DNA of 24,000 nucleotides from Catenulispora subtropica (GTDB lineage: Bacteria > Actinomycetota > Actinomycetes > Streptomycetales > Catenulisporaceae): NCBI RefSeq assembly GCF_039531675.1, contig NZ_BAAAQM010000050.1, positions 50,243 to 74,242 on the forward strand. The letters are read 5' to 3'. Position numbers and translations under genes: made by a program. Positions 9,719-21,348 of this stretch are shown in pieces. The first letter of the stretch is position 1, and each line of letters begins with the position of its first letter. The notes under the pieces were generated by a model. The model saw only the letters and a list, made by a program, of their open reading frames with translations. It made no database searches and was not told the DNA's origin.

Positions 9719-9997
9719 GGTGTTACCCCCATTGTTGAAATGCGTACGTGCAACGTGCGTCCGCCACGCTACCGCACGGTACGGAGGACCCCTCCCCGGA
9801 TCCAAGACTTGGCACCTAAAGTCCCGGTAAAGGCCGGTCGGCATCACGGGAACAGGCATCAACGAACTGACGTCGGCCCCGGCGGGGAGGACGCCGGGCA
9901 CACAGTGGCAGCGCGGTGTTCTCCCCGAATCCACCGTCCGCGGTTATGTTCGAGGGGGACGCCATCTCAATGCGCTGCCATAGATGGGAGAACTGGC

Positions 9998-13006
<3,009 letters not shown>

Positions 13007-13049
13007 GGCACGACGAGCCGTCGCGGGCGGGGTCGTTTAGCCTGGGGCC

Positions 13050-13388
13050 ATGAGCGCTGCCAAAGAGCGGTTCGCCGAGTTGGTGACGTGCTATCTCGGC
13101 GTGGACGGCGTGACCTGCCCCGGCGCCGAACCGGGAGCGCGGGGTTTCGGGCGCGGCGGGCTGAAGGTCGACGGCAAGCTGTTCTCGATGGTGAGTCAGG
13201 ATCGTCTCGTGCTGAAGCTGCCCGCCGACCGGGTCGACCTCCTCGTGGAGCAAGGCCACGGCGACCGGTTCGCCCCCCGCAAGAACGGCGTCGAGATGCG
13301 CGAGTGGCTCATGCTGGACCCGGACAGCGACCTCGACTGGCACGAGCTGGCCGAGGAAGCACGGAAGTTCGTCGGTTCCGGCGGCTAG
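13050..13388 (+). CDS. MmcQ/YjbR- or TfoX-like family protein
   Basis: 112 aa KVDGKLFSMVSQDRLVLKLPADRVDLLVEQGHGDRFAPRKNGVEMREWLMLD...; TAGCCT box 6 nt before ATG. Confidence 0.7.
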   Translation: MSAAKERFAELVTCYLGVDGVTCPGAEPGARGFGRGGLKVDGKLFSMVSQDRLVLKLPADRVDLLVEQGHGDRFAPRKNGVEMREWLMLDPDSDLDWHELAEEARKFVGSGG

Positions 13389-13996
13389 TGCCCCGCGCCG
13401 GCCCGTGCGGCCCGGCTGGCGGCCACTTCCTCCACCACCTGCGCCAACATCGCCTCAGGATCCTGCTTGGCGGAGTCCAACAGCAGATGCGGCTCCGTCC
13501 ACGGCTCCCACAGACCCTTCATCCGCAGCACGTGTTCCCACGGCACAGTCGGATGCCATCCGGGGATCCCACGGTCCCGGCCCGCCACCCGGGCCCGGTG
13601 CGCCATCGTGTCCGAGCAGACGCACTCCACGCCCACCAGGCGCGCCCCCAGGTTCTCGGCGACCCGCCGATACCGCTCCCGCGCCGCCGCCTGATGACCG
13701 GTCAGGTCCAGCACCACGTCCAGGCCCAGTTGCAGTTGCCGCGCGAGCGGAGCGATCACGACCATCTCGGCGAGCGGGTCGACGTTCTCGTCGGTGAACA
13801 CCCGGAACGGGGTGAGCGCCCCGAGCTGCCAGTCCATGGAGAAGACCGGCGCGCGCAGGTGCCTGGCCAGGCCCTCCGCCAGGGTGCTCTTGCCGGTACC
13901 CGGAACCCCGGCGACGAGGACCGCCACCGGCGTCGCCGACGGGTCGAGGGGGACCAGGCGCTCGTAGGACTCGAAGGCGGGGGAGTAGTCGGTCAT
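13385..13996 (-). CDS. P-loop kinase-like ATPase (AAA_33 / zeta-like fold)
   Basis: 203 aa; VAVLVAGVPGTGKSTLAEGLARHLRAPVFSMD (Walker A), VVLDLTGHQAAARERYRRVAENLGARLVGVECVCSD. Confidence 0.75.
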   Translation of the reverse strand: MTDYSPAFESYERLVPLDPSATPVAVLVAGVPGTGKSTLAEGLARHLRAPVFSMDWQLGALTPFRVFTDENVDPLAEMVVIAPLARQLQLGLDVVLDLTGHQAAARERYRRVAENLGARLVGVECVCSDTMAHRARVAGRDRGIPGWHPTVPWEHVLRMKGLWEPWTEPHLLLDSAKQDPEAMLAQVVEEVAASRAARAGAGH

Positions 13997-14059
13997 GCGG
14001 TGACCATAGGCGCTTTTCGGGACCGCTCTGCCTGGGATCGCTGACAGCGAACTGACTTC

Positions 14060-15226
14060 TCAGCCCATGTGCAGCCGTCCCAGCCGCTGCACGGCCTCGG
14101 CGAGCACCTCGTCCTTCTTGCAGAACGCGAACCGCACCAGGCTCCGGGCCGCCGCGGTGTCGTCGTAGAACACCTGGTTCGGGATCGCGACGACGCCGCA
14201 GCGTTCAGGCAGCGCGCGGCAGAAGGCCATCCCGTCCTCCTCGCTCAGGCCGCTGATATCCGTCGTGACGAAGTACGTCCCGTCCGGGCGGAACACCTCG
14301 AACCCGGCCGCGGCCAGCCCGGCCGTCAGCAGGTCGCGCTTGCGCCGCAGGTCCGTGCGCAGCGTCGTGAAGTACTCGTCCGGCAGAGCGAGTGCCGTTG
14401 CCGCGGCGTACTGGAACGGCCCGCCGGAGACGTAGGTGAGGAACTGCTTGGCGCTGCGGACCGCCGACACCAGCGCCGGTGGCGCCGTCACCCAGCCGAT
14501 CTTCCAGCCGGTGAAGGAGAACGTCTTCCCGGCCGAGCCGATCGTCACCGTCCGCTCGCGCATCCCCGGCAGCGTGGCCAGGGGGATGTGCTCGGCGCCG
14601 AACGTCAGGTGTTCGTACACCTCGTCGGTCACCACCAGCAGGTCCCGCTCCCGCGCCAGCTCGGCGACCGCCTCGGACTCGGCCCGGGTGAGCACCATCC
14701 CGGTGGGGTTGTGCGGGGTGTTGAGCAGCAGCAGCCTCGTGCGATCGGTGACGGCGGCGCGCAGCGCGTCCAGATCCGGGCGGAAACCCGGCGGCCGCAG
14801 GGTGACCGGCACGCGGACGCCGCCGGCCATCGCGATGCACGCCGCGTAGGAGTCGTAGTAGGGCTCGAAGGCCACGACCTCGTCGCCCGGCTCCAACAGG
14901 GCCAGCAGGGCCGCCGCGATGGCCTCGGTGGCGCCGGCGGTCACCAGCACCTCGGAGTCCGGGTCGAAGTCCAGGCCGTAGAAGCGCTTCTGGTGCTCGG
15001 CCACCGCCGTCCGCAACTCCGGGATCCCGGGTCCCGGCGGGTACTGGTTCCCGCGGCCCGCCAGCACCGCCTCCGCCGCCGCCTGCTTGACCTCCTCCGG
15101 CCCGTCGGTGTCCGGGAAGCCCTGCCCCAGGTTGATCGAGCCGGTCGCGGCGGCCAGTGCCGACATCTCGGCGAAGATGGTGGTGCCCATCGGGGCCAGG
15201 CGGCTGTTGACGTAGGGGGTGCGCAT
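14060..15226 (-). CDS. PLP-dependent class I/II aminotransferase (N-succinyldiaminopimelate / kynurenine aminotransferase-like)
   Basis: 388 aa from in-frame Met; SINLGQGFPDTDGPEEV, NTPHNPTGMVLTRAE, VTDEVYEHLTF, IGSAGKTFSFTGWKIGW. Confidence 0.9.
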   Translation of the reverse strand: MRTPYVNSRLAPMGTTIFAEMSALAAATGSINLGQGFPDTDGPEEVKQAAAEAVLAGRGNQYPPGPGIPELRTAVAEHQKRFYGLDFDPDSEVLVTAGATEAIAAALLALLEPGDEVVAFEPYYDSYAACIAMAGGVRVPVTLRPPGFRPDLDALRAAVTDRTRLLLLNTPHNPTGMVLTRAESEAVAELARERDLLVVTDEVYEHLTFGAEHIPLATLPGMRERTVTIGSAGKTFSFTGWKIGWVTAPPALVSAVRSAKQFLTYVSGGPFQYAAATALALPDEYFTTLRTDLRRKRDLLTAGLAAAGFEVFRPDGTYFVTTDISGLSEEDGMAFCRALPERCGVVAIPNQVFYDDTAAARSLVRFAFCKKDEVLAEAVQRLGRLHMG

Positions 15227-15437
15227 ACCGTCATCCTGCCGCACGCCGGCCCGGCCGACAGTGTGCGAGTGGCCGGAACGAGGGACGAGCCGCAGTTCCG
15301 GGAGCGCTTCGCCCGGGAGGTGGCGATGGTCCGTGCGGTGTCGGGCCCGTTCGTCGTACCGGTCGTGGACGCCGTGCCGACCTCCCAGCCGGACCCGCCG
15401 TCCACCACCCTCGGCCCGCATGGGCCACAATTGGGTC

Positions 15438-16364
15438 ATGGACTTGCGCATCTTCACCGAGCCGCAGCAGGGCGCCAGCTACGACACGCTCCTGGCCGTC
15501 GCGAAGGCCACGGAGGACCTGGGCTTCGACGCCTTCTTCCGGTCCGACCACTACCTGAAGATGGGGAGCGTCACCGGCCTGCCCGGTCCCACCGACGCCT
15601 GGATCACCCTGGCCGGCCTCGCCCGGGAGACCAAGCGCATCAAGCTCGGCACGCTCGTGACCCCGGTCACCTTCCGGCTGCCCGGGCCGCTCGCCATCTC
15701 GGTGGCGCAGGTCGACGCGATGGCCGGCCCCGGCCGCGTGGAGCTGGGGCTGGGCACGGGCTGGTTCGGCGAGGAGCACACCGCGTACGGGATCCCGTTC
15801 CCGGACAAGCGGTTCGACCTCCTGGAGGAGCAGCTGCAGATCGTCACCGGGCTGTGGAACACCCCGGACGGCGAGACGTTCAGCTTCAAGGGCGAGCACT
15901 ACAGCCTCGCCGACTCCCCGGCGCTGCCGAAGCCGGCGACCAGCCCGCACCCGCCGATCATCATCGGCGGCGGCGGTCCGAAGCGCACCCCGCGCCTGGC
16001 CGCGCAGTACGCGAGCGAGTTCAACACCTCGTTCCGTCCCTTCGACGACAGCGAGCGCCTGTTCGGCACCGTCCGCGAAGCCGTGTCGGCCAACGGCCGC
16101 CACCCCGACTCGATGACCTACTCCGCCGCCCTGGTGGCCTGCGTCGGCCGCGACGAGGCCGAGTTCGCCCGCCGCGCCGAGGCCATCGGCCGCGAGCCCG
16201 CCGAGCTGCGCGAGAACGGCCTGGCCGGCACGCCGGCGGAGGTGGTGGAGAAGATCGGCCGCTACGCCGCCATCGGCGCCCAGCGCCTGTACCTGCAGAT
16301 CCTCGACCTGTCCGACCTGGACCACCTGGAGCTCATCGCCTCCCAGGTCATGGGCCGGCTCTAG
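15438..16364 (+). CDS. F420-dependent LLM-class oxidoreductase
   Basis: 308 aa [43 protein letters not shown]...[47 protein letters not shown]...; alternative start at 15420. Confidence 0.88.
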   Translation: MDLRIFTEPQQGASYDTLLAVAKATEDLGFDAFFRSDHYLKMGSVTGLPGPTDAWITLAGLARETKRIKLGTLVTPVTFRLPGPLAISVAQVDAMAGPGRVELGLGTGWFGEEHTAYGIPFPDKRFDLLEEQLQIVTGLWNTPDGETFSFKGEHYSLADSPALPKPATSPHPPIIIGGGGPKRTPRLAAQYASEFNTSFRPFDDSERLFGTVREAVSANGRHPDSMTYSAALVACVGRDEAEFARRAEAIGREPAELRENGLAGTPAEVVEKIGRYAAIGAQRLYLQILDLSDLDHLELIASQVMGRL

Positions 16365-16374
16365 CAAGGACCCC

Positions 16375-17184
16375 ATGAACCGCCCCGACCTGCGGGCCGA
16401 CTGCGCCGACTGCTTCGCGCTGTGCTGTGTGGGGCTGACGTTCACGGCGTCCCGCGACTTCGCCATCGACAAGTCCGCCGGGACGCCGTGTCCCCACCTG
16501 GCATCCGACGACCGCTGCTCCATCCACACCGGCCTTCGCGGCCGTGGCTTCCAGGGCTGCACCGTCTACGACTGCTTCGGCGCCGGACAGAAGCTGTCCC
16601 AGCAGACGTTCGGCGGCGTCTCGTGGCGCACCGGCACCCCGGACCGCGCCCGGCAGATGTTCGCGGCCCTGCCGGTGATGCGCCAGCTGCACGAGATGCT
16701 GTGGTACCTGGCCGAGGCCGAGACGCTGGCCGGCGCCTCGGCGTTGAAGACCGAACTCGGATGGTCGGCCGACGAGACCGAGCGCCTGACCCGGTTGCCG
16801 GCCGAGGAACTTCTGGCGCTGGACGTGGCGGCGCACCGCGCCGGGGTCAGCGAACTGCTCGCGGAAGTCAGCGCCCTGGTCCGCGCTGGCGTCGGCGGCG
16901 GCCGGAAGAAGGACCGCCGCGGCGCCGACCTCATCGGCGCGCGGTTGCGCAACGCCGACCTGCGAGGCGCGGACCTGCGGGGCGCGTACCTGATCGGCGC
17001 CGACCTGACGGGCGCCGATCTGCGCAAGGCGGACCTGATCGGTGCGGACTTGCGGGACGCTGTTCTGTGCGGCGCCGACCTCACCGGCGCGGTGTTCGTG
17101 ACGCAGGCTCAGCTGAACGCGGCGCTGGGGGATCAGGGGACGAAGATCCCGGCGGGGATGGCGCGGCCGGGGCACTGGAGCTGA
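16375..17184 (+). CDS. Pentapeptide-repeat protein with Cys-rich N-terminal domain
   Basis: 269 aa; CADCFALCC...[15 protein letters not shown]...CTVYDCFG N-terminus and C-terminal [58 protein letters not shown]. Confidence 0.88.
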   Translation: MNRPDLRADCADCFALCCVGLTFTASRDFAIDKSAGTPCPHLASDDRCSIHTGLRGRGFQGCTVYDCFGAGQKLSQQTFGGVSWRTGTPDRARQMFAALPVMRQLHEMLWYLAEAETLAGASALKTELGWSADETERLTRLPAEELLALDVAAHRAGVSELLAEVSALVRAGVGGGRKKDRRGADLIGARLRNADLRGADLRGAYLIGADLTGADLRKADLIGADLRDAVLCGADLTGAVFVTQAQLNAALGDQGTKIPAGMARPGHWS

Positions 17185-17200
17185 TACGTCCGCGCAGGGC

Positions 17201-18271
17201 CTAGTCGATCGTGTAGGCGTCCCCATACACCGACCAGTGCAAGGGCGTGGCCAACGCCAGGTTGCGGTTCTTCACGAACACCCGCTGCTCGGTGTCGATG
17301 CGGCTGGTGTCCTGGTGGCTGGGATCGGCCTTCATCGCGACGATGCGGGCGTCGAGGAACGCGTTCAGGTAGGCGACCTCGTCCCCGCCCTGGGACGGCG
17401 GCTTGGCCTTGCGCAGCGTCGCGGCCCGGATGCCGCCGAAGCTCAGCGAGTCCGAGCCCGGGCCGTGCATCACCAGGGCGTCGTAGTAGATGAACTGGCC
17501 CAGGGCGCCCAGACCGTCGGCCTTGGCCTGACTCACCGCCGGGTTGAAGTACGTGCGGTCGCGCTCGTCGTTCTGCGCCTGCTGGAACAGCGGGTCTGCG
17601 GCCGCGGCCTTCCAGTCCGAGGTGAAGTTCGGGTCCAGGCCGTCGTGGGTGTCGCTGCCGTTGTCCGCCTTCAGCGCGTTGAGATACTTGGCCAGCACGT
17701 TGTTCGGCTTCAGCGCTGTGTAGTGCTGCACGAGTTCCAGCATGTCCCCGGTGCCGGAACAGAAGCCGATGAGGCCGCCGGTGTAGCCGCGGCCGTCCTT
17801 GATGTCCTCGATGTACTTGTACTGCGCGCGCCAGTCCAGGCTGGAGTTCTCCGCGCTGGAGACCAGCTCCATCGCGATCTCCTTCTTGCGCGGGTCGTCC
17901 AGGCCGGTGCCGGACGACGGCGTGGCGGTGGAGGTCGCGGCCGAGGACGGATGCGGCCCGGTCGAGGTCGCCGACGGACGACCCGGAATGTTGCTCCCGC
18001 TCGGCTTGGGAACCGGCGTGCTCGCCGTTGTCGCCGACGGACTGCCCGAGGCGCTGGCCGGGGTAGTAGCGGGAGCCGTGTCGGCCGGCTGACTCGCCGA
18101 GGAGGCGCCACCGGGGCTCGTCGAGACGGTGCCGAGCAGCGGGCTCGACGCGGCGACCGCGCCCTTCGCGGCGTGGTCGCCGGGGCTCGGCACCGCGACC
18201 GCCACACCGACGGCGACCGCCGTCGCCGACACCGCGACCGCGGCCAGGACAGCGTTCGGGGGCATTTTCAT
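17201..18271 (-). CDS. csn: Secreted or membrane-tethered GH46 chitosanase with long Ser/Thr/Pro/Ala linker
   Basis: 356 aa; GLDDPRKKEIAMELVSSAENSSLDWRAQYKYIEDIKDGRGYTGGLIGFCSGTGDMLELVQHYT... ERDRTYFNPAVSQAKADGLGALGQFIYYDALVMHGPG closely matches Streptomyces GH46 chitosanase. Confidence 0.93.
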   Translation of the reverse strand: MKMPPNAVLAAVAVSATAVAVGVAVAVPSPGDHAAKGAVAASSPLLGTVSTSPGGASSASQPADTAPATTPASASGSPSATTASTPVPKPSGSNIPGRPSATSTGPHPSSAATSTATPSSGTGLDDPRKKEIAMELVSSAENSSLDWRAQYKYIEDIKDGRGYTGGLIGFCSGTGDMLELVQHYTALKPNNVLAKYLNALKADNGSDTHDGLDPNFTSDWKAAAADPLFQQAQNDERDRTYFNPAVSQAKADGLGALGQFIYYDALVMHGPGSDSLSFGGIRAATLRKAKPPSQGGDEVAYLNAFLDARIVAMKADPSHQDTSRIDTEQRVFVKNRNLALATPLHWSVYGDAYTID

Positions 18272-18308
18272 GCGGACGAGTATCGAGGTCTCAGGAGCTT
18301 GTCACCAC

Positions 18309-18321
18309 CGATCGCGGCGAT
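18309..18321. promoter_or_regulatory. Palindrome in chitosanase upstream region
   Basis: GATCGC-G-GCGATC perfect 13-bp palindrome, 38 nt upstream of the chitosanase ATG. Confidence 0.3.
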
Positions 18322-18335
18322 CCTGTAAGAAACCT

Positions 18336-18986
18336 TCACCGTCCCCGCTTCATCGCCCCGTCGGCCAGCCCGTCCGCCGCGTCGCCCAGCCGCAGCCCCA
18401 CATCCCCGAGCCGTCGGTACAGCTCCCGAGCCTTCATCGCCTCGGCGGCGTCGCGCTCCGGCGTGCCGCCGGTCAGCAGCGTCGCCAGCTCGTACTGGTA
18501 CGCCCGCACCACCGCTCCGGCCGCCTTGCGCGCGGCCAGCGTCGCGGCGCGCAGATCGCGGCCCGGGCCCAACGCCGCCACCGCCTCGTCCAGCGTCCGG
18601 ATGCCGGCCGAGACCAACGCCGCGAGACCGCGGTACCGGCTCACGTCGGTGACCTGGTACAGGTCCGCTTCGCGCACGAAGTCGCGGAGGGTGTCCAGCA
18701 CGTCGTCGATCGACCGCGACACCCGGTTCAGGTCCTCGCGGTCCACCGGCGGCGAGAGCGTCGCGGCCAGGACCGCCAGCAGGGCCGCCCGCCGGTCGTC
18801 GCCGTCGTGCTCGACCGCCTCCATCCGGGCGCGCGCCGCCTCCCTGCCGGTCGTGCCGTCCAGGAGCGCCGCCGTGAGCTCCGCGCCCTCCGCCGCCACC
18901 GCCACCTGGGCTCGCAGGGCCCTGATCAGGTCGGCGTCCGCGCGTCCGCTGATGGAACGCAGCGTGGTGGCTATGCGGGTCCTCAC
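18336..18986 (-). CDS. DUF47 / PhoU-like phosphate transport accessory protein
   Basis: GTG start at 18986 overlapping the pit stop (GTGA); 216 aa VRTRIATTLRSISGRADADLIRALRAQVAVAAEGAELTAALLDG...SRSIDDVLDTLRDFVREADLY...; adjacency to PiT. Confidence 0.75.
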   Translation of the reverse strand: MRTRIATTLRSISGRADADLIRALRAQVAVAAEGAELTAALLDGTTGREAARARMEAVEHDGDDRRAALLAVLAATLSPPVDREDLNRVSRSIDDVLDTLRDFVREADLYQVTDVSRYRGLAALVSAGIRTLDEAVAALGPGRDLRAATLAARKAAGAVVRAYQYELATLLTGGTPERDAAEAMKARELYRRLGDVGLRLGDAADGLADGAMKRGR

Positions 18987-19975
18987 ACGAGCTCCTTCAC
19001 ACCTGCAGCCAATACCGCCGCCATCCCGGCGCTCAGCGGCAACGTCACCATCCACGCCGCCCCGATCCGCCCCGCCTGCCGCCATCGCACGCGGCGCGCC
19101 CCGGTGCCGAGCCCCGTCCCGAACAGCCCGCCGGCGACCGACTGCGTCATCGAGACCGGGAATCCGAGTGCCGCGCTGCCGAGCACCGCCACGGCCGCGG
19201 CGAGCTCGGCGGTCACCGTGTCCAGCGGCCGCAGCGGCACGATGCCCGACCCCAGCGACGCCGCCGCCCGCGGCAGGCCGAGCAGTGCTCCGAGGCCGAA
19301 CAGCACGCCGCAGCACACCAGCGCGCTGACGCCGAACGGCACCGAGCCCGTCGCGGCGCCGCCGGCGGCCACCGCGCACAGCGCCACCATCTTCTGGCCG
19401 TCGTTCGCGCCGTAGGCCAGGCACTGCAACGGAAACGCGACGCGATGGGTCCGTCCCACGGCCGCGGCGGCCGGCGACCGGCGCGGTCCGGCCAGCCGCA
19501 GCGAGCGCGTCACCAGCCACGCGATCAGGGAGCTGACGACCGGTGCGAGCGCCGCGGCGAGCAGCACGGTGCCGACCGACGCGACCGGCACCGGCAGTCC
19601 CCAGCCGAGCCCGGCGCCGGTGAGACCGCCGACGACGGCCAGCGTCAGCGACGTCGGCAGTCCGCGCAGCGACAGCAGCAGCACCACGGCCAGGGCCACC
19701 GCGACCCCGACCGTCAGCGCGGCGCGGCCGGAGGCGTCGGGGCCGAACCGCACCAGGCGGCCGAGGAACGTCGCCGCCACCCGGGTGCCGAACAGCACGG
19801 GGCCGGCGGTCGTGGCGGCGACCAGCACGCAGAACGAGAACAGCGTGGACAGGCTCGGGATCCGCAGTCCCGGCGAGAGCAGAGCCCCGCCGTCGTTGAT
19901 CCCGCTCACCACGGCGAAGGAGCCGGCCAGCAGGACGAGGGCGGCGGACCAGACCGTCCCGGTCGCTGCGAGCAT
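18983..19975 (-). CDS. pit: PiT-family low-affinity inorganic phosphate transporter
   Basis: 330 aa hydrophobic; FAVVSGINDGGALLSPGLRI, CLAYGANDGQKMVAL, FPVSMTQSVAGGLFGTGLG. Confidence 0.88.
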   Translation of the reverse strand: MLAATGTVWSAALVLLAGSFAVVSGINDGGALLSPGLRIPSLSTLFSFCVLVAATTAGPVLFGTRVAATFLGRLVRFGPDASGRAALTVGVAVALAVVLLLSLRGLPTSLTLAVVGGLTGAGLGWGLPVPVASVGTVLLAAALAPVVSSLIAWLVTRSLRLAGPRRSPAAAAVGRTHRVAFPLQCLAYGANDGQKMVALCAVAAGGAATGSVPFGVSALVCCGVLFGLGALLGLPRAAASLGSGIVPLRPLDTVTAELAAAVAVLGSAALGFPVSMTQSVAGGLFGTGLGTGARRVRWRQAGRIGAAWMVTLPLSAGMAAVLAAGVKELV

Positions 19976-19988
19976 CGTCGAGCCCTTC

Positions 19989-20021
19989 GATAGGTGAACG
20001 GAAGGTGAACGACAGACTAAC
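19989..20021 (-). promoter_or_regulatory. PHO box (PhoP operator), three 11-bp direct repeat units
   Basis: Minus strand GTTAGTCTGTC|GTTCACCTTCC|GTTCACCTATC, exact 11-nt spacing, ending 13 nt upstream of the pit ATG; matches the Streptomyces GTTCACC-type PhoP direct repeat. Confidence 0.85.
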
Positions 20022-20126
20022 TCAAGGGGTGGGACGGGAGGTCGGGCGCCCCCAAGGTTTCAGCTATGGGGGCCATGCCAGAACGGGCATCGCGCGCCTC
20101 GTGATCAGCCGCCTAGCCTGAGCGGC

Positions 20127-21242
20127 ATGACTGAGACCTCCGTCGGCCCCCTCGTTCTTCTCAACCCCGGTCCGGCCTGCACCACCGACCGCGTCCGCGC
20201 CGCGCTGGGCCGGGGCGACTGGTGCCACCGCGAGCCGGAGTTCTCCGAGCTGCTGGCGTCCATCCGCTCCGGGCTGAGCCGGGTGCTGAACGTCGGCGAC
20301 ACGCACGAGGCGATCGTCGTCACCGGCTCCGGCACCTCGGCGATGGAGATGGCGGTGATCAGCGCGGTGCGCGCCGGCCGCTCGATCCTGGTGGTCCGCA
20401 ACGGCGTCTACGGCGACCGGCTGGCGAAGATCGCCGAGGTGAACGGGATCGCCGTGCACTCGGTCACCAGCGCGTGGACCGAGCCGGCCGATCCGGAGGC
20501 GGTGCGCGCGGCGCTGGCCGAGCACCCGGACGTGGACGCGGTCGCGGTGGTGCAGCACGAGACCACCACCGGCATGATCAACCCGGTCGGCGCCATCGGC
20601 GCGGTCGCGCGGGAGGCCGGCGTGCTGCTGCTGGTCGACGCGATCAGCGCCACGGCGATCGAGGACGAGGGCCACGAGGATCTCCACGCCGACATCATCT
20701 GCGGCACCGCGAACAAGGGCCTGCACGGTCTGCCGGGCATCTCGTTCATCCTGTGCTCGGCCAAGGGGATCGAGCGCATCCAGGAGGTCCCGGTCCGTTC
20801 GCTGTATCTGAACGCTGACACCTACCTGACGGGGCAGCGCAAGGGCGACGTGCCGTTCACCCCGGCCGTGCAGGTGTGCTTCGCGCTGGACGAGGCCATC
20901 AAGGAGTTGGAGGAGCGCGGCGGCGTCGCGGCGCGGGTGGCGGAGTACAAGGAGCGTGCGGCCCTGGTGCGCGCCGGCTTCGAGCGGCTGGGCCTGTCGA
21001 TCCTGATCCCCGAGGAGCACCGCTCCAACTCGATCTCGATGATCTACCTGCCCGAGGGCATCACCTACTCCGAACTGCACGACGCGCTGAAGGACGAGGG
21101 CTTCGTCATCTACGCCGGACAGGGCGACCTGGCGAAGACGTTCTTCCGCGTCTCCACGATGGGCGAACTGCCGCTGCCGGTGCTGGAACGGTTCCTGACG
21201 AGCCTCGAAACGTCCATCGCCAAGATCCGCGCCGGTCGCTAG
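20127..21242 (+). CDS. Class V aminotransferase, 2-aminoethylphosphonate--pyruvate transaminase-like
   Basis: 371 aa; LLNPGPACTTDRVRAALGRGDWCHREPEFSELLASIRSGLSRVLN, VVTGSGTSAMEMAVISAV, LLVDAISATAIEDE, ICGTANKGLHGLPGISFILC (PLP-Lys region). Confidence 0.72.
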   Translation: MTETSVGPLVLLNPGPACTTDRVRAALGRGDWCHREPEFSELLASIRSGLSRVLNVGDTHEAIVVTGSGTSAMEMAVISAVRAGRSILVVRNGVYGDRLAKIAEVNGIAVHSVTSAWTEPADPEAVRAALAEHPDVDAVAVVQHETTTGMINPVGAIGAVAREAGVLLLVDAISATAIEDEGHEDLHADIICGTANKGLHGLPGISFILCSAKGIERIQEVPVRSLYLNADTYLTGQRKGDVPFTPAVQVCFALDEAIKELEERGGVAARVAEYKERAALVRAGFERLGLSILIPEEHRSNSISMIYLPEGITYSELHDALKDEGFVIYAGQGDLAKTFFRVSTMGELPLPVLERFLTSLETSIAKIRAGR

Positions 21243-21348
21243 AGATCTATCCACCGTTAACCCCGCTGGCTAGGCTGACGGTCAACGGGGCGTGTTCCGG
21301 CACGTCCCGGGACCGCCGGAGACATTCTCGGGTGGGAAGGGCCGAAGC

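Noticed and set aside
13385-13996. Kinase-like protein as a zeta toxin of a toxin-antitoxin system, possibly with the 112-aa convergent neighbour as antitoxin
   Set aside because: The neighbour is convergent and MmcQ/YjbR-like rather than an epsilon-like antitoxin. The P-loop protein resembles general AAA_33 kinases.
14069-16378. 769-aa plus-strand ORF spanning the aminotransferase and LLM oxidoreductase
   Set aside because: The translation is low-complexity Arg/Pro/Gly/His-rich, out of frame with or antisense to two clearly conserved enzymes. Typical spurious long ORF in high-GC DNA.
20064-21254. 396-aa minus-strand ORF opposite the class V aminotransferase
   Set aside because: Shadow of a clearly conserved PLP enzyme; His/Arg/Asp/Gln-rich without motifs.
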